DNA of 59,259 nucleotides. Source: a bacterium (GTDB lineage: Bacteria; Patescibacteriota; Minisyncoccia; UBA6257; WO2-44-18). The notes under the pieces are model-generated. The model was given only the letters and a program-made list of their open reading frames with translations, did no database searches and was not told where the DNA came from. Positions 33,982-42,725 of the stretch are shown here, in pieces. The translations under genes were made by a program, and so were the position numbers. Within the stretch, counting starts at the first letter, position 1; each line of letters opens with the position of its first letter. Where the stretch lies: NCBI GenBank assembly GCA_023244815.1, contig JAHFLQ010000004.1, positions 1 through 59,259 of the forward strand. The letters are read 5' to 3'.

Positions 33982-34611
33982 ATGCGTAAGGATTTTGCGC
34001 CGGAAAAGAACAAGTTTGCGAAAGATCTCCCGGGCATAACCCTCAAGATGCTCAACGAGCACTTCAAGCTCTACGAGGGGTACGTCAAAAAAACTAACGA
34101 GATCCAGACGAAGTTGGAATCGGCCGACAAGTCCGAAGCCAACGGAGTTTTTAGTTATATCGGCGAATTGAAACGCCAGGAAACCTTTGCCGTTAACGGC
34201 ATGAAACTACACGAAGTTTATTTCGGCCACCTCGGCGGCGACCCTTCGGCGGGCTCAGGGCAAGTCGGTCAGCCGAAGGGGGATTTAGTGAAGATGATTG
34301 AGAAGGATTTTGGTTCATTAGCTGCCTGGAAATTGGATATGGTTGCCACCGGTCTCGCTTCGCGCGGCTGGGCGGTGCTCGCCTTTGATTTTAAAGACAA
34401 TCGTTTGCACAACTATGGCGCGGATGCTCACAATGTCGGCGCGGTTTGGGGGGCGATTCCGATAATTGTTTTAGATGTTTACGAACACGCCTACTTTATG
34501 GACTACGGGGTAAATCGCAAGGACTACGTCAACTCATTTTTCGCCAATTTGGATTGGGATTTTGCGGCCAAAATTGTCCAGGAGCACAAGCTCGTAGAAA
34601 AACAAGCCTAA
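33982..34611 (+). CDS. sod: Fe/Mn superoxide dismutase
   Basis: Metal ligands in LNEHFKLYEGYV, KLHEVYF and LDVYEHAY. Confidence 0.93.
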   Translation: MRKDFAPEKNKFAKDLPGITLKMLNEHFKLYEGYVKKTNEIQTKLESADKSEANGVFSYIGELKRQETFAVNGMKLHEVYFGHLGGDPSAGSGQVGQPKGDLVKMIEKDFGSLAAWKLDMVATGLASRGWAVLAFDFKDNRLHNYGADAHNVGAVWGAIPIIVLDVYEHAYFMDYGVNRKDYVNSFFANLDWDFAAKIVQEHKLVEKQA

Positions 34612-35927
34612 ATACCAACAGCTGGCTCTAGGTTTATGTCCCAAGTTATCAAACCAGCTCTGCTTAAGGTGGCTGGCTGGGAGGTGTACGGCTGGTAGCC
34701 GTTTTTAACACAGGTTATATAATAACTGCCGGCAGTAACCAGAAATTTAAACCGGCCGTCTTTGCCCGTAACTCGGGTAGTTAACAGCCAATTCTTTTCC
34801 GCGTCAAAGATCCGGACAATCGCCAACTCCAGAGGCATTTTCGTCCTATTGTCTAAGGCCGTGCCAAATGATTTTAAAGTATTGCTCGCCATGCTTAATT
34901 TTAATAAGTCTATAAAAATATAGGCGCCCAGAACCACGGCGTTAAAAGTGTTCGGCAAGGTGATTGTTACAAACAAACTAAAAAGAGTGCCCAGCAGCAA
35001 CAACAATGGATTTATTTTGTTGATGAACTTAACAACCGCGAACAAAAATTTTAAAAACGGTTTTACCTGCGGAAGAAAGCCGGTTTCCGAAAACATAGGA
35101 ATTTCCAGATTCACCATTTCTTCGCCTTCTTTTCTTGTGATCAAATCCGTTTTTACTTCTTTGAAGCCGTTGCGGGACACGGTCAGATAATAGGTTCCCG
35201 GCGAGACAGTGAACCCGAACCTTCCTTCAGCGTCGGCGTACTGGGTATCTTTCACTTTTTGGAAGGCAAAATCAAAAATCTTTACAGTAGCTCCCCGTAT
35301 CGGCCGTCCCGTCAACTGGTTGTAAACTCGGCCCCAAGGCTTTGAACGGCGCCAGGAGAAAAGCCCAAAACCGATAAAGCGTAACGCCTGAAGAAAGTTG
35401 ATAGCCAAGTTCGCGTTTGTGGAAACGGCGTTGGCGGCTAAAGCGCCGGCGCCGACTGCTCCCAACGCGGCCACCGCCGGCGCGGCCACGTTGTTCAAAG
35501 CGTCAGCCACCCCGGGAATACTCCGGAGTCTTTCGGTGACCGTTTCTTTAACCAGTCCTTTTATCTCTACTTCGGTGGTGATCAGGTCGCTTTCAAAAGT
35601 TTGCCCGATCTGCGTCCATTGGCCGGTTAGTTTCCCTTGGATTTTATATTTGCCGGGCTGTCCCAACACCGTTACCGGAATGCTGACTTTTTCATAGGAG
35701 CCCATTTTAGCAATGCTGATGGACAAGGTGCGATTAGGCTCGTTCCAGACCATTGCCGGCGTTAAGTTGGCCGGATTGATTTCTTTAGGGAGGTAGACAA
35801 AAAAAGTCACGGCGTTAACCGGATTGCCTCCATTGGAAATAGAAAAGACTATTTCTTGCGTGACTGCTTGCGCGAAAGCGCTCAGGGCCAAAGTCAGCCC
35901 CAACAGTACAATTATCAATTTAACCAT
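34608..35927 (-). CDS. membrane protein with Ig-like and two carboxypeptidase-regulatory-like domains
   Basis: Signal peptide; GRVYNQLTGRPIRGATVKIFD...ADAEGRFGF...PGTYYLTVSRNGF, with a second similar module. Confidence 0.75.
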   Translation of the reverse strand: MVKLIIVLLGLTLALSAFAQAVTQEIVFSISNGGNPVNAVTFFVYLPKEINPANLTPAMVWNEPNRTLSISIAKMGSYEKVSIPVTVLGQPGKYKIQGKLTGQWTQIGQTFESDLITTEVEIKGLVKETVTERLRSIPGVADALNNVAAPAVAALGAVGAGALAANAVSTNANLAINFLQALRFIGFGLFSWRRSKPWGRVYNQLTGRPIRGATVKIFDFAFQKVKDTQYADAEGRFGFTVSPGTYYLTVSRNGFKEVKTDLITRKEGEEMVNLEIPMFSETGFLPQVKPFLKFLFAVVKFINKINPLLLLLGTLFSLFVTITLPNTFNAVVLGAYIFIDLLKLSMASNTLKSFGTALDNRTKMPLELAIVRIFDAEKNWLLTTRVTGKDGRFKFLVTAGSYYITCVKNGYQPYTSQPATLSRAGLITWDINLEPAVGI

Positions 35928-36053
35928 TACTAATTAATTTTAGCATTTACCTGTGAAAAATATATAGGCGTTGAGTTATACACAGCTCCCGAATATTTCC
36001 GCTTAGTTTTTAAGCTATAATTTAACGTATGGGCCCAATAGCCCATAAGTAGA

Positions 36054-39000
36054 ATGAATAAGCCCAGAACGGCGTTTTTTTGGATTTTTATTGGCCTGTT
36101 TTTAGGTTTTACTTTTGGTTTAGCCTATTCAGTTCGTGCCAGCTTGGTTAGTGAAGATATTTTTACAAAAAGTTTTTTCAGTCAAGCGGTAGGTGAATTA
36201 AACAAAATAGAAAAACAGCCTTCGTATGTCAGCGAAGGTTTTCATAAAATTCAGGACTTTGCTCAGATAAATTTCAGCGTTCCCCAGCCGCCCTCTAATG
36301 CCGACTTGCCGAAAGTGACCATCACCATTACTTCGGAAGGGCCGCCGGTATACAACGAAGATTTATTGCAAAGGACTGTAAACAACCTACAGCACACGTC
36401 CCGTTCTTTGCAGGAGTTTATTTCCAGCATCCAGCCGACCATGTTAGTTGTGCCTCAAGGAGTTGAGGTGTCCATTACCGTTCCTCAGCCGCAAGGAGCG
36501 GCGCCGCCTCCGCAGGTAGTACGGGAGGTTGTCACGGAAAGAGTTGTCCAACAGACGCCGGTGATTCAGGAAATTCGGCTTATTCTTCCGCCGGCGCCTG
36601 CTGGGTATTTTGCCCAATTCGGACAGCAATCGGTGGGCGGCTCTAATGTCACTAACATTACCAACCCGGTGATCCGCGAAACCATTGTGCAGACCTCGGT
36701 GGATAATTCGGCTGTTAACGCTCTTAGCCAATCCATCCAGCTCCAGTTGGCCGATTTGCAAAGAGTGATTGCCCAGTCAGCGCCCACTCTTGATGACGCC
36801 CACATTCCAGACAACATTACTGTCAGTAACTACCTTACGTTGGCCGGCGGCAGTATCACAGGCGGCCTGACCGGATCATCATTTACGGCAGTTACTTCCG
36901 GCACCTCCACTTTCGCCGGCGGTTTACTGGTTGCGACCAGCACCGGCAACTTTGGTGTTGCGACTGCTACTCCGGCTTCGCTTTTGTCGGTTGGCGGCAG
37001 CGCCCTGATCAAGGGTAATTTTACGGTTGAGGGAACGGTGGATTTTCAAGGCGCTTGTGTTGCTTGCACCCAGTGGGTTACTACCGGAAATGATATTTAC
37101 TACACCACCGGCAACGTCGGCATCGGCACCACCACGCCGATGGAGAAATTGACATTGACGGGAGGGAATTTCTTGAACCAGATTAGTGCCAGCCCCACAT
37201 CCAGGAGCGGAGTGGATCTCAGTGGTGCCTCCCCTGACCGCATATTTGTGGTAGGCCGATACGCCTATATCGTAAAAGATAATAATTCTGCCACTTGTTC
37301 CGGTACCACCGAGCCCAAAGGCTGTGAGCTGCAAATTTACGACACCGGTACCGCTTCCACTACTTATCTTGGCGGTATCGCCATCGGATCCTCCGACGAT
37401 GTTTATGGGCTTTATGTTTCCGGCCGATACGCCTATACCACCAAAACTGCCAACGGCGGCACCTGTTCCGGTACCACTCTTACCGGCTGTGAACTTTCCA
37501 TCTATGACATTTCCAATCCCTCCTCCATCACGGCGGCGGGTGGAATCGATCTCGGCGATGTTAACGCCCAAAGCGTTTTTGTTTCCGGCCGCTATGCCTA
37601 TGTTGTCAAGAGTGACTCGGATAGTGCTACCTGTTCCGGAACAGCCATCAACGGTTGCCAATTCGCGATTATTGACATTTCCAATCCAGCCGCCCCGGTG
37701 GCAGTAAGCGGCGCCCGGTTAGGCGGGGCCATTGTAACCGCCTATAGCATTTATGTTTCCGGCCGTTACGCCTACATAACTAATGGTTCCGATAACCATA
37801 ATCAATTCGTTATTTATGACGTATCCAACACCGCTTCTACGACCGAAGTAGGAGGTGTGAATGTAGGGTCTTCCGTATCGGAGGTTCAAGTCGATGGCCG
37901 ATACGCTTACATACTTAAGGGCAACACCAGCGGCACCTGTTCCGGCACCACTCTGACCGGCTGTGAGTTTTCTATTTACGACATTTCCAATCCGGCTTCC
38001 CCGTCAGCGGTTGCCGGCCTTGATCTGGCCGTTGGCAGTAATGCCTACCCCGGCCCGGAACTGTTTCTTGCCGGCCGCTATGCTTATATTGCCCAACTTA
38101 GCCGGGCGGGCGCCTGCTCCACCACTTCGGTGTCAGCATCAGGATGCGAAGTTCTTTTTATTGATATTTTCAATCCGGCGTCGCCGGTGATTGCCGGCGG
38201 CCTGGATATGGCAGATGACAATACAAACGGAATTTTTGTTTCTGGGAAATATGCTTATGTAATCAAAAATGCGAATACCGGCACCTGTTCCGGCACCACT
38301 CTTACCGGCTGTGAGTTTACCATCTACGACCTCGGGGGCTCCGAAATCGGCACTGCCAACATCGGCTCCCTGGAAGCCGGCCAACTCCAGGTACGTAATA
38401 ATCTGACTGTTTCCGGCCAAGCCAACATCGCTTCCAGTTTAAACGTGGGGGGTGGCGGAGTGAAAACCGACGGTTCGTTGTCCGTGGCTTCGACATCTAT
38501 CTTGTATGCCGGTCTGGGCACCGGCACTACCAGCTTATGGGGGCAACTCTCTCTTGATCCTCTGGCCGGCACCGTTAATTACCGCACCCCTGCCTTCGCT
38601 ATTCAGGATGCCGGCACCTCCACCCCCTCCCTACTGGTAGACGGCGGATACGGCAGAGTCGGTATCGGCACCTCCTCCCCCTACGGACAGTTCTCTATTG
38701 AAATCACCGGTGAACCGGCCAACTTAACCAATGAGGGCCTGCCCGCCTTTGTAGTCAGCTCTCGCGGCACTTCCACTCCATCTTTGTATGTGAGGAGCGA
38801 TAACGGTAATGTCGGTTTCGGTTCTTCTTCTCCCGGCGCCGCTCTTGCTGTGACTGGCGCTGCGGTAATTTCTGACAATACCACCCTCAACACCCTGGAT
38901 ATCCAGGGCACCAGTCTTTTAGAAGGTAATGTCACTATAGCGGGCAATGTAGTTAGTAGCGTAACTGTCACTAACACTGCCAGCGGCGGCGGTTTTAGCA

Positions 39001-42000
39001 GCGCCGGGATTTCTGTGACAAATTTGGATACGAACATAGCGGGTCTTACGATCAACGAACTTCTAGCTTCGGGAAACGGCTCGGGGCAAATAGTTATTAC
39101 TCCCAGAGATACCTCGATCGGATCCGGTATTGGCCCTTTGATTACTATAACCGGCAACAGTTTTCAGGGAGGCTCCGGTGCCACTTTTTACCTTAAAATA
39201 AACCAGAACGGGAATGACGCCAATACCCTTTTGCTGGGGACGCTCCTTCAGACAAGCAGCGGACCGATCATTCTAAACCCGAACTCGGATCTTATTGTCC
39301 AATCCAACGCTACGGTGCGCGCCCGCTTCACCTCCACCGCTCTTGATGTGGTCGGCACTACCACCACTTCCAGAGGCATCAACATTCTTGGCAACCAACT
39401 TTATATCGGCAATGGCATAACAGCTACCTCATCAATTTATGGCCAATACGGCAATCTAGGATTTGGCTCCACCACTCCCTACGGCCAGGTATCCATTGAA
39501 GCTCAACAGGGCATAGTCGGTTCATCCACGCCGATATTTGTAGTTGGAGACCAGGGCTCCTCTACACCCTTCATATATGTAAGCGGAATAAACGGGAACG
39601 TGGGCATCGGCACCAGTAGCCCAGCCGCTCCTCTTGCAGTGGCCGGAAACGGCACTGCTCCCGCAGTTCTCATCAGTCAGGCTTCTACCGGCGATCTCTT
39701 GGACGTTATTGACGCGAGCAACGGGGCTCCTGCGCTCGTTGTCAAAGATGGGGGAAACATTGGTATTGGGGTAGCGAATCCTGATTTTCCTCTGCATATT
39801 CGCAAAGACCAGAATAATGGCAACACGATAGTATATGTGGAGAACCAAACCAACGATACGGCTTCCGAAACGAGATTTATGGCTCAAGCCGGTACTTTAA
39901 CAACCGATAGAATTATCCTCAGTATAACCTCTCCCAGCTTTACCGCTAGCGGGTTGGACGCGCCCAGCCAGGCCAGGTTCATTTCATCCAGACCACTTTT
40001 ACTTAAAACCGATAACTATATCCGGTTTGGGGTATCCAGCACGGAAATTGCCCGCATTACCAGCTCGGCCTTGGAAATAGGCGCGGGAGATTATGGCAGT
40101 TCACCGGCGATCCGGTTTATTAATACTCCAGGCGGTACAATTCAATCTTTTATTGGCAGCGAAGGCACGGCTTCTTGGAACGTCTCCGGCTCGGCAGTGG
40201 GCGACTTAATTCTAAGAGAAACGACTAGCGGCGGCAGGATTCTACTCTCGGCTAATGATGGTGGCGCTATTCACCTGGCGGTCACCAGCGGCGGCAATGT
40301 CGGCATTGACCGCAGCAATCCTTCAACTGCTTTGGAAGTGGTCGGCACTACCACCACTTCCAGAGGCATCAACATTCTTGGCAACCAACTTTATATCGGC
40401 AACGGCCTCGTTGCCACCTCATCAATTTATGGCCAATACGGTAATCTCGGTTTCGGCTCCACCACTCCCTACGGCCAGGTATCCATTGAAGCTCAACAGG
40501 GCATAGTCGGTTCATCCACGCCGATATTTGTAGTTGGAGACCAGGGCTCCTCTACACCCTCTCTATATGTCAGCGGAATAAACGGCAACGTGGGCATTGG
40601 TTCTTCTTCTCCACTGGGCCAGTTCGCTATTGAAGTTAACAGGGACAAGAATCGCAATCCTGACGGTACGGATAATGTTCCGGCATTTTTCATAGGCTCT
40701 AATGGAACCACTACTCCAATATTGGCAGTTACCCGCTCTAACGAGGGGAGAGTCGGTTTCGGCACTACTTCACCATATGGCCAAGTTGCGATTGAAATCA
40801 GGGGCGAGCCATCTAACATCGCCAACGAAGGGTTGCCGGCTTTTGTTATCTCATCAAGAGGCACCGGCACTCCAAGCCTTTTTGTGAGTAATAATAATGG
40901 CTTCACCGGTTTTGGTTCATCCAGCCCGTGGGGTCAGCTTTCAGTTGAAATATTAGATCAGGGAGATGAATCTGTTCCGTCATTCATAGTAGGCGATACC
41001 GGCACCTCCACCCCCGCCCTGGCGGTCTATTCCAGCGGGATCACGACTATCGAAAACCTCCAAACCGGCGTTCTAAGTTTTGACACCAACGCCGGAGCGG
41101 TTACCTGGGTTGATTTGCCGGTTACTACAGCCGCAACCTGGGCAACTATCGAGTCCTATACGGCCCAAAACGGCGCCTCCTCCACCCTAACTGTTTATTC
41201 GGAAAGTAATGGCAAGGGAGGCGTTTTCCGCCAGCGCATAGGTATCGGCACCACATCTCCCGGTTCCACGCTTACAATTTCTACCGCGACTACTTCCCAA
41301 GCCGCTTTCTTTGTTGAGGGGAACGCCGATCGGGATTTCGTGATCAATGAAAATCTTTTTGTCGGCATAGCTACTTCGGTGCCCAGGGGATTGTTCGCCA
41401 TAGATGTCCCTTCGGCCGCTGACAATATACCGGTTGACGCCAAAACTCCCGCCTTTGTTGTTCAAGACTCCGGCACCTCCACCCCCTCCCTGCTGGTAGA
41501 CGGCGGATACGGCAGAGTCGGTATCGGCACCTCCTCCCCCTACGGACAGTTCTCTATTGAAATCACCGGTGAACCGGCCAACTTAACCAATGAGGGCCTG
41601 CCCGCCTTCGTCATCTCCTCCAGAGGAACCAGTACTCCAAGCTTTTTTGTCAGCGGCACTAATGGGAATGTCGGTATCGGCACATCTTCGCCGCAGGCGT
41701 CCCTTGCTATAGATAACATTAATACCGGCAATACTTTCCCCGCGCTGCTTGTTAGGGCGAGTGGTTCTGGCCAGGGCAATGTCGCTATCGCTGTTGATGG
41801 TGATGACGTTTGCAAATCTGGCACGGTTATAGCCGCTACTTGCTTGTTGACTGACTTGGCTGAGCTATATCCTACGTCTGAAAGTCTTGGCGGGGGAGAT
41901 GTTGTTATGTTTGACAATGACGACCCTATTCACATCAAGAAAGCCACATACGAAGAACGCGATAAACTTGGCGGCGTTATTTCCACCGCTCCGGCCATCG

Positions 42001-42725
42001 TTTTTGAAGGGCCCAGTATCAAGATTTTAGGCGGCCAGTATTCCGCGCAAGACAAAAAAGCGCCTATCGCTCTTTCTGGCCGAATTCCGGTAAAAGTTAA
42101 ATTGGACAACGGTCCAATTCGTATCGGTGACCCGATTACAGTTTCTACCACGACTCCAGGCGTCGGCGTTAAAGCGGTTGATTCCGGAAAAATTATCGGT
42201 TTTGCGATTGATAACCTAGAAACTGCGACCACTGCCCCAGGGATCTATGATCAGGTGATGGTTTTTGCTAACTTAACCTACTGGACCGATCCTAAACACG
42301 AAACCAACGAAGGCCTGTTGGCGCGGGTAGTAGATGCGATTGCTGATTGGCTGAAAACTGCCGCGATTAAGATAAAAGACCTTGTTGTTGATACTTTGAA
42401 GATTGGCACTCAAGATCAACCAAGCGGTATTACCACTTACGATGTTAGGACGCATAATCCTTACTGCATCGTCGTGGACAACGGCCAGACAACTTCTATA
42501 CCCGGCGTTTGTACCGCGGAATTGATTAATAATTATCTGACTCCGCCCGGATCTTCCGGCGGTGGAAGTTCTCCCGCGCCAGTTTCTGAACCCACGCCTG
42601 AACCAACTCCTACGCCCGAACCCACGCCTGAACCAACTCCTGAGCCATCGCCAACCCCCGCTCCTGAATCCGCGCCCGCGCCAATCGCTCCAACAAACGA
42701 TCAGACTACCCAACCGGCGCCATGA
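36054..42725 (+). CDS. giant surface/adhesin-like protein (2223 aa): LVIVD-type beta-propeller, GIGTTSP repeats, tailspike-type autoproteolytic chaperone domain, PEPT tail
   Basis: N-terminal TM/signal; 7 repeats of VSGRYAY...IYDISNP; many GNVGIGTSSP units; DLAELY...GVIS...PIALSGRIPVKV...GD..PG; (PTPE)n. Confidence 0.85.
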   Translation: MNKPRTAFFWIFIGLFLGFTFGLAYSVRASLVSEDIFTKSFFSQAVGELNKIEKQPSYVSEGFHKIQDFAQINFSVPQPPSNADLPKVTITITSEGPPVYNEDLLQRTVNNLQHTSRSLQEFISSIQPTMLVVPQGVEVSITVPQPQGAAPPPQVVREVVTERVVQQTPVIQEIRLILPPAPAGYFAQFGQQSVGGSNVTNITNPVIRETIVQTSVDNSAVNALSQSIQLQLADLQRVIAQSAPTLDDAHIPDNITVSNYLTLAGGSITGGLTGSSFTAVTSGTSTFAGGLLVATSTGNFGVATATPASLLSVGGSALIKGNFTVEGTVDFQGACVACTQWVTTGNDIYYTTGNVGIGTTTPMEKLTLTGGNFLNQISASPTSRSGVDLSGASPDRIFVVGRYAYIVKDNNSATCSGTTEPKGCELQIYDTGTASTTYLGGIAIGSSDDVYGLYVSGRYAYTTKTANGGTCSGTTLTGCELSIYDISNPSSITAAGGIDLGDVNAQSVFVSGRYAYVVKSDSDSATCSGTAINGCQFAIIDISNPAAPVAVSGARLGGAIVTAYSIYVSGRYAYITNGSDNHNQFVIYDVSNTASTTEVGGVNVGSSVSEVQVDGRYAYILKGNTSGTCSGTTLTGCEFSIYDISNPASPSAVAGLDLAVGSNAYPGPELFLAGRYAYIAQLSRAGACSTTSVSASGCEVLFIDIFNPASPVIAGGLDMADDNTNGIFVSGKYAYVIKNANTGTCSGTTLTGCEFTIYDLGGSEIGTANIGSLEAGQLQVRNNLTVSGQANIASSLNVGGGGVKTDGSLSVASTSILYAGLGTGTTSLWGQLSLDPLAGTVNYRTPAFAIQDAGTSTPSLLVDGGYGRVGIGTSSPYGQFSIEITGEPANLTNEGLPAFVVSSRGTSTPSLYVRSDNGNVGFGSSSPGAALAVTGAAVISDNTTLNTLDIQGTSLLEGNVTIAGNVVSSVTVTNTASGGGFSSAGISVTNLDTNIAGLTINELLASGNGSGQIVITPRDTSIGSGIGPLITITGNSFQGGSGATFYLKINQNGNDANTLLLGTLLQTSSGPIILNPNSDLIVQSNATVRARFTSTALDVVGTTTTSRGINILGNQLYIGNGITATSSIYGQYGNLGFGSTTPYGQVSIEAQQGIVGSSTPIFVVGDQGSSTPFIYVSGINGNVGIGTSSPAAPLAVAGNGTAPAVLISQASTGDLLDVIDASNGAPALVVKDGGNIGIGVANPDFPLHIRKDQNNGNTIVYVENQTNDTASETRFMAQAGTLTTDRIILSITSPSFTASGLDAPSQARFISSRPLLLKTDNYIRFGVSSTEIARITSSALEIGAGDYGSSPAIRFINTPGGTIQSFIGSEGTASWNVSGSAVGDLILRETTSGGRILLSANDGGAIHLAVTSGGNVGIDRSNPSTALEVVGTTTTSRGINILGNQLYIGNGLVATSSIYGQYGNLGFGSTTPYGQVSIEAQQGIVGSSTPIFVVGDQGSSTPSLYVSGINGNVGIGSSSPLGQFAIEVNRDKNRNPDGTDNVPAFFIGSNGTTTPILAVTRSNEGRVGFGTTSPYGQVAIEIRGEPSNIANEGLPAFVISSRGTGTPSLFVSNNNGFTGFGSSSPWGQLSVEILDQGDESVPSFIVGDTGTSTPALAVYSSGITTIENLQTGVLSFDTNAGAVTWVDLPVTTAATWATIESYTAQNGASSTLTVYSESNGKGGVFRQRIGIGTTSPGSTLTISTATTSQAAFFVEGNADRDFVINENLFVGIATSVPRGLFAIDVPSAADNIPVDAKTPAFVVQDSGTSTPSLLVDGGYGRVGIGTSSPYGQFSIEITGEPANLTNEGLPAFVISSRGTSTPSFFVSGTNGNVGIGTSSPQASLAIDNINTGNTFPALLVRASGSGQGNVAIAVDGDDVCKSGTVIAATCLLTDLAELYPTSESLGGGDVVMFDNDDPIHIKKATYEERDKLGGVISTAPAIVFEGPSIKILGGQYSAQDKKAPIALSGRIPVKVKLDNGPIRIGDPITVSTTTPGVGVKAVDSGKIIGFAIDNLETATTAPGIYDQVMVFANLTYWTDPKHETNEGLLARVVDAIADWLKTAAIKIKDLVVDTLKIGTQDQPSGITTYDVRTHNPYCIVVDNGQTTSIPGVCTAELINNYLTPPGSSGGGSSPAPVSEPTPEPTPTPEPTPEPTPEPSPTPAPESAPAPIAPTNDQTTQPAP

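Noticed and set aside
38611-41608. DGR template/variable repeat pair
   Set aside because: Mismatches in the 263-bp pair are not confined to adenines, both copies are in frame within one gene, and there is no reverse transcriptase in the window.
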